A stretch of DNA of 64,000 nucleotides from Thecamonas trahens ATCC 50062 (Eukaryota; Protista; Apusomonadida). The notes below the pieces were generated by a model. That model ran no database searches. It saw only the letters and a program-made list of their open reading frames with translations, and was not told the DNA's origin. Positions within the stretch are counted from its first letter, which is position 1. Each line of letters opens with the position of its first letter. Of the stretch, positions 32,201 through 43,477 are shown piece after piece. The DNA lies in contig NW_013657619.1 of NCBI RefSeq assembly GCF_000142905.1, forward strand, positions 68,735 to 132,734, in the 5' to 3' direction. Both the position numbers and the translations under genes were made by a program.

Positions 32201-33673
32201 GAGCTTGTGGCCCGCGCCCGATGAGTTGAGCCTGGACCCACTGCTCGCGCCGAGTGTCTTGGTCGATGACGCGCGCTGCAGCTTGTGCAGAACCTTGATC
32301 TCGGACGGGAGCTTCGGCACCTTGACAACCCGCGGCGAGAGCGGGAGCGGCGGCGCCACCACGTCGCGCACGTCCTCGTGGAACCGCAGCCGCTGCAGCA
32401 CCGTCCGCCCGCGGTTTACGCGAGCCGCCTCGTAGTCGGACAGATGCGGCCGCGCAGGCATGGTCAGCAGCGAATCAATCGCAGTGTCGAGCGCTGTGTG
32501 TGCCTCGAGCGCTTCGGTCGAGAGTACCGTGAGGACCTCAACGTTGGGTGGGAGTTCACCCAGTGCCACGTCGTCGTCATAGACAACGCCAAACGCCGAG
32601 ACAAAATGGTGACTCTTCTCAGTCGAGTACGGCGCAAACTTGGCCCGCAACGCCGCGATCCGCGTCGTGCTATCGTAGTACTGCGTCGTCCACGAGTTGG
32701 ACGCGTACACCGCCATCCGCACGTCCAGGCCGGTATCCGAGTCTGACGCGAGCTCGTCGAGCTTGGGGCCGCCGTCGCTCCTGCTCTCGACCCCGCCTCT
32801 TTCAAGAAGCTCGTCGTCAACGTCCGAGTCGAGCTCGAGGTCGGAGCACTCGTCAAAGAACGAGTCCGAAAACGTGATGATCATGTCCTCGTCCTCGCTC
32901 CCACCCTCAAACACGCCTGGATACGCTGTCGCCTCCGTTGGCTGCGGAGAGATGGTGTGGGCTGTAGCATAGCCGGACTCGCTCGACGTCGACGCCATCT
33001 CGCTGCACCCTGGAGCGTAGCCGGCGACCTGCCCGCGAGTATCATCAGCATCTTCGCCACACACGCCTTCCGAGCCTCCTCCACTCCTACTCGCTGCACC
33101 AGGTAAGCCCAAAACAGGCAATGCTTGGGCAACAGGCGGCGGCAGATCGGTAACCGTGGCGTCGATGACCGCGACGGTGGGCCTCAGCGGCCACACACGA
33201 TCAAACTCGGCCTCGAGATGACGATCGAGCACCACCCGCAGCATGTCCATAGCTGCTGGAAGAGCACTCTCCACTACGCCTCGCAGCTCGCCCTCGCTGC
33301 GGCGACGAGAGTGATCAGAGCGCAACGAGGGTGGTGATGACGACGATGATGGCGATGATGGTCGGCGCCGAGCCACAGCAAGGACCCAGGAGCAGCGGAC
33401 AAAGACGACACAACCAGGCGAAGCAGCGAAAAGAACATGGCCCGCCACCGAGCCCTGGCAGCCACCGGGGACTGGGGTCGGGTAAACGACGCCCAGCCAG
33501 CCTGGATCGGGAGCAGGATGGGTGGGCAGGCGGCCGGCAAAGGCGACATGGCCCCACAGGCCACGAGCGGCACGGGTGTGGACGGCAAGGCCAACCCAGC
33601 TGGAGTCAGGCACAGCGGCAGGTACTGTCACTTGGCCTGCGCCAACGACCTCTCCCGCCTGCCCTTTGCCCAT
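26220..33673 (-). CDS. Chimeric CAP-Gly / class I PI3K-like / soluble adenylyl cyclase-STAND NTPase protein (~2,480 aa); one frameshift at 29011-29015
   Basis: Order from N to C: CAP-Gly-like (~33600-33370); PI3K ABD/linker-like (~32730-32290); cyclase C1 CDISGFT...KFAGDA; cyclase C2 NKFLVDDKG...REYTMMGDMVNTAARLM; Walker A GGAGIGKS; Walker B IAVDD; GGNPFFAQE and ARIDRL; QEVAYELM...HLQIA; PI3K RBD FALKVRGLCDYL; C2 LPREA..SLFDEDG; helical LELL..EFVD.RIRAFAV..LFWALRAE; kinase FKTGCDLR. Adding one C to the C5 run fuses ORFs 28955-33949 and 26220-29003. Confidence 0.9.
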
Positions 33674-33772
33674 GCTGCCGTAAGTGCCTGTAGCCGCGTG
33701 TGCCCCCCCCCCCCCCCTCCCCTGCCTGTCCCCCCTTCCGTGACCGGGCGCTGGCCTGGCGGGGCTTTGGGC

Positions 33773-33839
33773 GGTCGGTCGGTCGGTCGGTCGGTCGGTC
33801 AGTCGGTCGGTTGGTCGGTCGGTCGGTCGGTCGGTCGGT
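33773..33839 (+). repeat. (GGTC)n tetranucleotide microsatellite
   Basis: Directly visible, upstream of the chimera's probable ATG. It explains the PTDR repeats at the start of the 1664-aa ORF. Confidence 0.9.
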
Positions 33840-33976
33840 GGGTCGTTTGGTGGGCTATGGCTTGCGGCCTGCAGGGTGCGGGCTGTGGGCAAGCTGTGCG
33901 GATGATAGGGCGATCTGCCAGGGGGATGGGATGGGGGGTTTATACACATGGTATCGCGTTAGTTTTGGGTAGGATA

Positions 33977-35155
33977 TCACTCGCCAAGGGAAGGGATGGG
34001 GAACGGCTGGACCTCGGCAAGTGCCTCGCTCGGGATGAGATCAACGCCCGCTGGCGGCATGCGCTTGGGCTGGACAAGGCCGTTGGCGATGAGTGAATAG
34101 CCAAAGGAAATCATTGAGGCCATCGAGTCGCGGAAAGTGATGCCGAGGTCGCGGGTGGCGGCAGTGTTGGTAAAGTGCGACCGGGTGCCGATACTGGGTA
34201 GGATGGTGGCGACGGCCGAGTCAAACCATGACGCCAGCCAGAGGACAGCGTACGGCGCAGTTTTGGTCGGTACGTTAAAGCCGCGCGAATCAAACTCGGA
34301 AGCGAGGTGCTGCGCAAACTCGGAGACCCACACTGCGCGCTCGACGAGGATATACCGCTTGCCGCTCGCATCTGGCGCGGTGAGGGCAGCCATGTGTGCG
34401 GCGGCGACATCGCGGACGTCTACACATCCAAACGAGAGCCTGGGCAGGACCGGCATGGCCCGGGTGAGCAGCTTGATCGGGAGCGTCGACGAGGTTGTTG
34501 GATAGTTGAGCAGAGTCGGTCCGATGACATAGCCTGGGCAAAGCGCCACAAGGTCAAAGCCCGGCGCGTGCTCGTCCATAAACGCCCAAGCCGCGCGCTC
34601 GGCGAGTGTCTTGGACTTGGCGTAGGCGTCGATGGGCGAGTCGTCGGCGGTGTTGGACCAGTCGGCCTCCGAGTACTCGGCCTCCACGCCTGCGATCTTG
34701 GCATGTCCTGCGCCGATGGCGGCGATGGACGAGGTGACAACGACCCGGATGATCGATGGCTCCTTGGCTGCAGCAGCAAGGATATGCTCCACGCCTGCGA
34801 CTGCCGGACGAATGAGCTCGTTCTCGTCACGGGGCATGACGACCGGGAAGGGTGAAGCGGTGTGGAGGACGTAGGCAACGCCAGCCACAGCAGCATCCCA
34901 TCCATCGCTGTGCATCAGATCTGCCTCGACCAGCTCAAATACCTCGTCCACCGCCACAACGTCGCCCACGTAAGCAGTCACGGCACCCGTGGCGATCTCC
35001 ATCACACGCATCGCCTTGGCAGACGTCTTGCTCCGGACCGTACCCCGGACGGCATACCCACCGGCCACGGCCGCCACCAGACATTGGCTGGCGATGTAGC
35101 CTGAGACGCCGGTGATGAGCACAAGCGGACGGGCAGGCGAGGCGTTGGCGGCCAT
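33977..35155 (-). CDS. Extended SDR, NAD(P)-dependent epimerase/aldehyde reductase (CCR/DFR/Gre2-like)
   Basis: VLITGVSGYIA, VRGTVR, VLHTASP, PAVAG, RVVVTSS, catalytic YAKSK, VDVRDVA.AH. Confidence 0.93.
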   Translation of the reverse strand: MAANASPARPLVLITGVSGYIASQCLVAAVAGGYAVRGTVRSKTSAKAMRVMEIATGAVTAYVGDVVAVDEVFELVEADLMHSDGWDAAVAGVAYVLHTASPFPVVMPRDENELIRPAVAGVEHILAAAAKEPSIIRVVVTSSIAAIGAGHAKIAGVEAEYSEADWSNTADDSPIDAYAKSKTLAERAAWAFMDEHAPGFDLVALCPGYVIGPTLLNYPTTSSTLPIKLLTRAMPVLPRLSFGCVDVRDVAAAHMAALTAPDASGKRYILVERAVWVSEFAQHLASEFDSRGFNVPTKTAPYAVLWLASWFDSAVATILPSIGTRSHFTNTAATRDLGITFRDSMASMISFGYSLIANGLVQPKRMPPAGVDLIPSEALAEVQPFPIPSLGE

Positions 35156-35466
35156 GATCTAGCAGAGGAGGAGAGAAGTGTGGTCGGTCTCGCGGCTTGT
35201 GTCTGTCGCAGCTTGTGTCCGTCGCAGGCGGCTGACGTGTCATGGGCCGGGGGGGGGGGGGGGGGGGGGGGGGGTTACAGCATCAATCGTACCGGGCCAA
35301 CATTGCCACCCACCTCGTTCTCACCCTCACGACCATCGGCATCGCCACCACTTCCACCAGCATCGCTATTCACACCACGCTACCCTATGGGGGCACAGGC
35401 TGATGCACAACGCTGGCCGGCAGATGAGGGTAGTTTTGCTGGTCGCCCTGGGCGATCCCCACGATT

Positions 35467-37366
35467 TTACATGTGGAGTCCGTTCTGCAAGCCCCACTTG
35501 GTCATGGTGCGGATGATGAGCTCGACCTGTGGGTTGTTCGGCGTGTGCCGGAGGAGGGAGATGACGTCGTGGAGGACGTCGGTCGACTGGACGCCAGCGA
35601 TGATCTGCTGGAAGACGCCGATGCACGCGCCGCGCTTGGCATCCCAAGCCTCGGGCGTCGGATCGGTGCGCTCGAGAATGTCAAAGGCCTGCGCCGCAAC
35701 GTAAAAGTGGCCCATCGAGTAGCAATCGTTGGCAATGAGGTTGAGGAGGTTGAACGCGTCGCCGCCAGTTGACTCGGTCCGAAGGTAGAGCTCCCACGCG
35801 AGTAGCGGCTTGCCGTTCATGATGTACGACCGGGCGAGCCAGCCGAGGTAGCAGAACTCGGCCCGGTACCGCTCGTTCTGTACCATCAGCAGCGTCTCTT
35901 CGGCGTCGCCAAAATGGCCACACGCGGCCTTGGCAATGCCATAGTTGTAGTTAAAGTCATCGTCGAGGTAAAAGTATGTCTTGATCGAGTCGAGGTAGAC
36001 GAGGACCTGGTCGTACTCGCCCACCAGGTACAGGTACGACGCCATGCACTGCCGCCCCGGAATGGTGTCGCACTCGGTCGCCGAGAGCCCCACAATCTGG
36101 TACAGCTTCTGCGCATACTCCAGGTTCTCCGGCTCGCCGTAAACCTGCCCGTACGCCGCGTTGACCACAGCCTTGAGGATGTACTCTTGCGGCGAGAGCG
36201 CATCCACGTCCTTCATCAGCTCGTATGCGTTGCCCACATCATCCTGCCGCAAGTAGTAGATCGCGAGGTTGAGCCGCGCCTCTGGAAGTGCACCCACCAG
36301 GCGCGGAAGGACCTGCAGCGCGTTGTCACCGCCACGGAAAACCACCATGTTGTGCCGGATGAGATCCTGCGCAAACTTGAACGACGGCGTTGCCAGGTCC
36401 TCCAGCCGCTTCAGCTCGGCCTCGGCAGCTCGTCCGTCGTACAGCCGAAAGTGGTTGCACGCCTTGAGGTTGAGCGCCACCGCAGAATCTGGGTACGTAG
36501 CCAGGTAGAGCGAGAGCAGGTCGAGCGATGAGTCGTAGTAGTCAAGCTTGTAGTAGCAACACGCAATGTAGAACTGCATGGCCTGGTACGTCCGATTGTC
36601 CTTCAGCAGCGTCTGGTAGATCTCGATGGCCTCGTTGTAGTGCTGTCGCATGTAGTGAATCGATGCCAGCGACATCTGGTCCTCGATCACGTCGCGGAGC
36701 TTGCGGTGGTAGCCCATGAGCTCCTCTTCGTTGCCAAACTTGTGCGCCAGATGAAAGAGCAGTCTGTTCTGCAAGCCCGACGGCCGCGCGCTCTCGGCCA
36801 CACTCTGTGCCTCCTTGTACTCTCCGAGATAGAACAAGCAAGTGGCCCGATACGTCGCCACCTCAGTGCTGGGGTTGTTGGCCATGCCCGCCAACAGGGT
36901 GTACACCTCGAGCGCAGCAGCCGCGTCCCCGTTGTGAAAGTACGCATACCCCAGCCAGAGCAGCAGCTCAGGGTCTTCTTCGTCCGCATGCTTACGATGG
37001 AACTACCGTTCCCCGTCCCCCCACAATGGTGGCATTCGTTGTTGTTGTTGTCCTCGTCGTGGTGAGTATGGCCGGGAGGAAGACGGGGGAGGGGAGGCGG
37101 ACCGACTGGTTTTTGGCGCGCGCAGAAGGCGGTGGTTGGCATGGGAGACGGAAGCGGGGGGGTCAGGGATGCTGGGTAGTGGGGGGTACTGGGAAAAAGG
37201 GACATACCTCAAGAAGGGTAATGGCACCTGTATAGTCTCTTTTGCGGATGTAGTCCTCCAGCTTGGGCTTCTTCTTCCGGCGGGAGCGCTTCTTCCGTCG
37301 CTTGCCCTCGGCCCCGCTCCCGCCGTCGTGGCCGGGCATGGCAGACTGCGTTCGGGAAAGGAGCAT
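35467..37366 (-). CDS. IFT56: Intraflagellar transport protein 56 (TTC26/DYF-13); exons 37366-37208 and 37002-35467
   Basis: MLLSR... start. Splicing GTATGT (37207)...TAG (37003) gives RDYTGAITLLE|FHRK. Also QNRLLFHLAHK, SLASIHYMR.HY.EAI, NLKACNHFRLY.G, HN.VVFRGG..ALQVLP, ECDTIPGRQCMAS, LIANDCY.MG and WDAKRGACIGVFQ. Confidence 0.96.
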
Positions 37367-37509
37367 TTGGCCTCTCCCACGCAAAAAAAAAGGCAGACAA
37401 GTGCTCGGCGTCATACGACGATGGGCGACGTGCAAAGGCTTGCACTCCCTTGCAGCCGTCAATCAGGGCGAGCCGTTGTAGGCTGTTGCTTCACTGGCGC
37501 ACTCGCAAA

Positions 37510-40500
37510 CTACATCGCTACTGAATCCAACACCGCCGCCGAATCCATGCTGCTCTCCACGTCCACGCCGATGGTTTCAACGGTGGCTCGCGACGACTCG
37601 ACGAGTAGGTCTTCCGAGCCAAGCCGATGGAGCTCGACGGCAGTGTCGAGGCTCATGCCAAGCGCACCGGCCCCAGCATCACCGTCGGAATGGCGCGCCG
37701 TGGCAAATCCGCCCTCGACAAAGTACTCCTCGGTCTCGGCCGCCTTCTCTTCGCGATTCATCTTGACAACATCGACGGCGACGCCGACGACGATGCCGAC
37801 CACAACTGCAAAGACTCCACTGACAATGCCCATACGACGGAGCGTAAAGTTGTCGATTGTACCAGCGTAGAGGACAAGCGCAGTTGCGGCAAGCACCACA
37901 ACCGCGAGGAAGTTTTGTTCGCGTCGCGCGTACGGCCGGCCGGCCCATCGCCAATTGCAGCAACGAGCACACCAGGACCATGACTGCAACCGATGCCTTG
38001 GTTGCATCGTGGCTAAAGAACGTCATGCACATGACCACAAGCACCTTGCGCGCCAGGATCGCGCACTCGAACCACCACGCCTCGTCTACAAACCGCCCCA
38101 CAAGAAACCCGTACCGCGCCATCACCACAGCCTCATGCAGCGTTGCCCGCTTCCACCGTAGCACGCCCACAACAGCGCCAGGGATTCCGGCCCCGTATAT
38201 GATCACCGCGACAAGGCCCGGCACAAACAAGCCCACCCACCACGCAAAATTGAAGCATCGCCGCGACGGATCGGCGCCGAGCAGCATCCGACCAGACTCG
38301 TCGCGTTGGCAGCCAAACGGCGCAAACGCTGCGTTCACCAGCGGCAGGTACAGCAGAACGAGGATCTGGAACCACGCCCGCCCCACGCCGCTAATCACTT
38401 CGCCCCTCGACCGCGAGGAGAGCAACACAACCGCGCCACCGATCACGCACAGAAGCGCACCCGCAAACACCGGCAGCAGTAGTGTGAGCACCCACTTGAG
38501 CACCCATACGTCTGTCCCCGCCGCCGCCGCGCACTCGGGACTCGTCAGCTCAAAGTCGATGTTGACCGCCGCAGCCACGTTAAAGTACACACGAGCCACC
38601 GGACCCCAGTCGAGGTCAAGCTTGCCGTACATGGCGCTGATCTGCAACGCGTTGAGTCCGATCATTGCAGCCGCAAACTTGTACCGCACGCTCTCTGCAA
38701 GATTGAACGCCAATATCAAGCCGGCTGCCACAGCGCAGCCGAGCACAAGGATGACCGTCACCACGGCGTTGAGGCGGCTGCTGAATCGACGACACTGCGA
38801 TCCGAGCCGGTAGTATCCATCAGCACACTCGGCACAAAGCCGTGCCGTGCACCCAGGACGGCACGCCCCCCCCACCAGCACATGCGCTGGCTACCGGGCA
38901 CGACACAAACAGCGCAGGGTCAGAGTCGTCAGGGAAAAAGCCTGGCCCAGCTACCGGCCGCGCATCGCCACCCGCGCACACCCCGCCGCGTGGACACACC
39001 TCGCACCCGGTGTCTGCGTTACCATCCGGGGCCCAAAAGCCCGGCGAGCAAACGCAACCAGATACACTGCTTGTGTTGCTTGCCAGGCTTCCGCCCGAAC
39101 GCTGTGCACCGACTTGGCACGTTGGCGCCGCCACGCACGACCCGAGGCCGAGATCAAGCGAGATGAGCCCATCGCCGCACGCCACACACGTCACAAACCC
39201 ATCGTCGCCCGTTGCACCACCAAACCCGACCCTGCACGCTGTCACGTTGAGCATTCCGACCAGCGGTGCAACCGGGAGGCTGCCAGACACTGTCGCCGCC
39301 GTGGCTGCCGAGATGCGCCACTCCAGCGCCAGCGGAAGCGTTGCCGCCGCGCTCACTGCTACTGCCCGCTGCGGCACAACCACCGACGCCTCGGCCAGAA
39401 CCTCGATCTCGCGGCCACTCACCTTGGCTGTCCCACCGGCATCGTCGATGCTCAACACAATCTCCTGTCGTGGGTCAACAAGCACCTGCCCAAGCCAGTC
39501 GCACCCGCGAATCCTGGCTTGCACGGCAGAGCCGGACATCAGCGCGCTCGGCATGGGCGTCACAAACTCCAACTCTGCCAGCGGCCCATGGATGCTCGAC
39601 GGCGCAACAGCGGAAAAGGAAGCGGCGTCGGTGCGGAGCCATGGCAAGTCGTCGGGCCTCGCTCGACCCGGCACAAAGCTCGGGTTCGACGCGGCGCACA
39701 CAAACACATCGTCGCCAGTGCTGCCAAATGAGGTCCCGGATCCGCGCACAGCCACCGGCGCGCCACACAACACAGCCGCGGCGCCGGCATTGGTTGCGGC
39801 ATTGCCCGACAAGTCTGCGCCATCCACTAGACTCGTCACGCTTACCAGGCTGTGCGGTCCCACGACTGCCCCACTCGACGCCATTGGCACATCCGCCGAC
39901 GCCGTTGCGCGCATCAAGCCGGTGACCACGCCCCTCTCGCACCACGCAACACCGCCGCCATACTTGGCCGAGTTACCACTGACAATTGCTCGCGTCGCAA
40001 TGAGCTGGCACTCGATACAGGCCACTCCACCGCCCAACCCGGCCGCGACGTTGTTGGCCACTTTGGCGCCAGGCTGCAGCTCGACGAACGTGGCATAGCC
40101 GGCACCGATGCCTCCGCCCGACCCAGCCTCGCCCTCATTATCCCCAACCACGGCGTTGCCAGTAATGACGACACTCGCGCCATCATCAACTGCAATGCCG
40201 CCGCCGTCGTCCATTGCCGTGCATCCACGCACCTCGGAGCCGGCTCCGAGGACCGCCTTTGACCCGGCGCCGGAGACATAGATCCCACCACCACTGACCG
40301 CGCTCGAACCCGAGATCGACGAGCCCATTAGTTGGAGCGCGGCGCCGGCAACAACCAAAACGGATCCGCCTTGGCCCATGTTCAGCAGTGGCTCGGTCCG
40401 CGCCTGGGCCGCGCCATCCACCACGGTGCTGTTGATCAGCTCCAACCGCGCGCCCGAAGCGTCAACCCGAAGACCGGGCGTGCCATACAGCGAGTGTGTC

Positions 40501-40593
40501 GCCGTTCGGCTTCCTGTGGCGGGAGAGCTCGAGGCTCGAGGGGAGACCGAGACCAAGACAGCCACACACGTCTTGCAGACCACAGGCAACCAT
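37510..40593 (-). pseudogene. Broken or 5'-truncated multi-pass surface protein (GGGI/GGGV beta-helix-like repeats, Cys-rich segment, multi-TM module of the same superfamily as 2011-7029)
   Basis: Three overlapping ORFs (38820-, 37679-38881, 37510-38007) are joined by frameshifts at a C8 run (38866-38873) and a (CGGC)3 repeat (37933-37944). N.A..GGG(I/V) repeats, C.VCPRGGVCAGG...PGFF and RYGFLVGRF....WWFE are present. No signal peptide or clear start was found. The 5' coordinate is approximate. Confidence 0.6.
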
Positions 40594-40621
40594 GGCAGAG
40601 TCTTCAGTACGGGCGGCAGGT

Positions 40622-40680
40622 AGAGAGAGAGAGAGAGTGTGTGTGTGTGTGTGTGTATGTGTGTGTGAGAGAGTGTGTGG
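40622..40680 (+). repeat. (GA)n(GT)n compound dinucleotide microsatellite
   Basis: Directly visible. Confidence 0.9.
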
Positions 40681-40791
40681 GTGTGGGTGGGTGGGCATGG
40701 GCGTGGCGTGAGTGTGGGTGGGCGGACTGACCTGTGTGGTGACTGCTGTGGCTGCGGTTGGTGAAACGGACATGGCCTGGGCTGGGCGGAC

Positions 40792-41568
40792 ATGGAACAG
40801 CTGGAGGAGGTACGGAAGGGAGAATGAGGTTGGGTGCGTGCGTGCGTGCGTGGGTGAGGTAGGAAGGGTGACTGCTCTTTGTGGGTGACGGTGGCAGACG
40901 GTGGTGGTGGTGGTGGTGCAGGTCGTGGTGGTGGTGCTGCTGCTGCTGCTGCTGGTGGCGAGGGGGGCGGTGGAGGCGGGCACGTTGACAGAGGGCGCAG
41001 TGGGCGCGCTAGTCGAGAACGGGAAAGAGGGGGGCAGGTGGGGCAGGTGGGGAGGAGAGGGAAAGGGCGATGACTCACCGCCATCTGTGTGACGGATCAT
41101 GCTGCTCCGCCGACACCATCGCTGGCATGGGACATGGGGCGCCGAGGACAGACGTTCAAGCTGTTCGACATGGAGGGTGTGAACAAGATCAAAAAGTCGG
41201 ATGTGGGCAACGTGATGAGGTGCATGAAGCTGCGCCCGGACGAGGGCCAGCTTGCTGATCTAATGGCAGAGTTTACCTCGGGCAACGAGGTGACGCTTGA
41301 CGAAATGCGCCAGATCGTCGACAAGTACCCGTCGATCGCCACCCACGAGCTCGACCCGGAGGCCATCAAGCAGGCGCTGTACATCTTCGACAAGAAGGGG
41401 ACCCGTGAGATCCCGCGTGCAGAGTTCCTCTCGGTCATGTCGTCGACCGCCTTTGGCCACCCGTTCTCCAACGCCGAGATCCAGAACCTCCTTAACCTCC
41501 TCGGCATCGACGACGACGCCGACGTCCCCATCGACGCCATGGTCGACAAGTTTGCCGAGGACCTCTGA
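40792..41568 (+). CDS. Calmodulin-family/myosin light chain-like EF-hand protein; exons 40792-40809 and 41152-41568
   Basis: Splicing GTACGG (40810)...CAG (41151) gives MEQLEE|TFKLFDMEG. Also DVGNVMR, ALYIFDKKGT. The 144-aa four-EF-hand layout has degenerate Ca-binding loops. Confidence 0.8.
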
Positions 41569-41582
41569 TCGCTCACTTGCCT

Positions 41583-42869
41583 CTACACAGTAAACTCCGC
41601 ATACGTCCCGGCAATGCTCACAGAGAGATTCTGCCCGTCGCCGTCGTCATAGAGGCGGAGAGAGAGCGAGAGGTCGAGGCTTCGCTCCGGTCGTGTCAGC
41701 AGCTCCGCCCGTCGTCGTGTTGGCGGCAGCGCCGCCGCCGGCGAGAGCGAAAACAAGTCAATCATCCGCGAGCCAGACGTCGAGCGCCACGACACGCCTG
41801 CCGCTGGCTCCTCAATCTCGGCATCGCTCTCGGGCTCATCGGCTTCGGACGACGCCGCCGCCGACGACGACGTGTCGGCCGGGTTCGGGGCTAGCTTGAT
41901 GGGCGAGATGTGCTCGAGGCCCAGGACCGAGTGCGCCCGAGCCATATCCGCAGGGGATGCCATCGGCAGATCGTAGTAGGAGCCAGCCGTCAGACTGGTA
42001 GCGCTGGGAGAGATGGCGAGGCTAGCCATGCTCGTGCCCGCGGCCAGCCTCGGCTCGACAACCACCTCGAGGCCACGTGGAAAGTCGAGCGCGTTGTGGT
42101 GCATCTCTGACCAGTGGACCATGTTGAGTCGGCGACGGAAAGCGGCAAAGCCGCCGTCGGTCAGATCGATGCCGCAAGAGTCGCTGGGCGCTTGGGCCAG
42201 CTCACCGCTCGACGAGCTCTCGAGCAGCGGGCGGCGCGACCAAGGACGAAGCCAACGACGGCGGCCCTTTCGTCTTGTCTTGGATTTCTTTTCCTTGCGC
42301 CTCCGCGTACGGTCTGTGATCCTGCCACCGGATCGTGCAGCGGCAGCAGCAGTGGAGACGGCGGCGCGGCAGTCGTCAGACCAAGCCGCAAGCTCGGCAG
42401 CGATCCAAGCAATGAGATTGTGCTCGCTCCGTGGCGGACGAACAGCGTAAAGCCCCGTCAGCGGAGCATCTACGTCATCGAGCAGAGCATCAAGCGCCGA
42501 AGGCTCGGCCACATCGTCGCCGGTCATGGCCCGAGCCCAGGGCGGGAGAGCAAGGCCATCCAGCGGCCACACATGCAGTTCATGCCCACGACAGAAGACG
42601 GCCACGGAGCCCCAAAGCGACGACGGTGCATGCGGCACAACCACAAACATATCACCCGACACAGAGCTACCGATCGGAGACCAACCGATTCCCACCTCGC
42701 CGCCATCGCCATCATCACCACCACCACCAGGGGCCGGCGAAGGGCCGGCGGCGGCGACGGTTGCGGCCCAAGGCGGCAGAGACAGGCGCGGCGGAGCGGC
42801 GAGAGCATGGGCCATCGGCGGCAGGCCAGAACAGGATGATGCCAGAGCGGTAGCCAGAGCCACCCGCAT
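41583..42869 (-). CDS. Hypothetical protein (~428 aa from MRVALAT)
   Basis: Long ORF with typical codon usage filling the space between neighbours, including a basic RRRKEKKSK..RRR patch. No family recognised. Confidence 0.5.
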   Translation of the reverse strand: MRVALATALASSCSGLPPMAHALAAPPRLSLPPWAATVAAAGPSPAPGGGGDDGDGGEVGIGWSPIGSSVSGDMFVVVPHAPSSLWGSVAVFCRGHELHVWPLDGLALPPWARAMTGDDVAEPSALDALLDDVDAPLTGLYAVRPPRSEHNLIAWIAAELAAWSDDCRAAVSTAAAAARSGGRITDRTRRRKEKKSKTRRKGRRRWLRPWSRRPLLESSSSGELAQAPSDSCGIDLTDGGFAAFRRRLNMVHWSEMHHNALDFPRGLEVVVEPRLAAGTSMASLAISPSATSLTAGSYYDLPMASPADMARAHSVLGLEHISPIKLAPNPADTSSSAAASSEADEPESDAEIEEPAAGVSWRSTSGSRMIDLFSLSPAAALPPTRRRAELLTRPERSLDLSLSLRLYDDGDGQNLSVSIAGTYAEFTV

Positions 42870-43477
42870 TGGTGGGCCGGAGAGATAGAGTGATGGCCTG
42901 GCCCGGCGTGAGGTGGCGTGGCCGGAGTTGGGGGAGAGTGGAGACACGGCAGGCAGGGAGAGCGGGTGAGCAGCGTGCAAGCGTCGCCAGAGGTGATGAC
43001 CGAGGACACTGGCGGGCCGCGTGTTTGAGTGCGTGCGTGGCCATCGCAACGCCATATCATGATCTGGGACTGAGCACAAGCGATCCCCCCCCCCCCCCCC
43101 CCCCCCCTTTACCCCATCAGCAGATACGCCAGCTATCGCCAGCTGCCCGCCCTCCCGCTGCACCCATCCCCCACATCCCATCCATTGGCCACACCAGTAC
43201 CCATCACCCTCGCCCTCTTCAGCTCACTCCCACCATCATCTCCCCCGATCAGATCAGATCAGCCACTCCATGAAGACCAATCCCCTCCCCTCTCCCCCCC
43301 CTCTCCCACCTCCGGCCCCTTTCCCCCCAGCTGTCACCAGCTGCCGCTCCGAGACCATCACCACCCATCACAGCCACAGCCACCACCCCTCCCCCCCCCC
43401 CCCACCCCACCCGCCACCACCCACCACCCACCACCCACCCCCACCCCACCCACCCCCTCGCTCTCTTCCATTAGGTC

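Noticed and set aside
33674-33949. N-terminal PTDR-repeat extension of the 1664-aa ORF
   Set aside because: It derives from a (GGTC)n microsatellite and a C run. The ATG at 33673, just before the CAP-Gly domain, is the more likely start.
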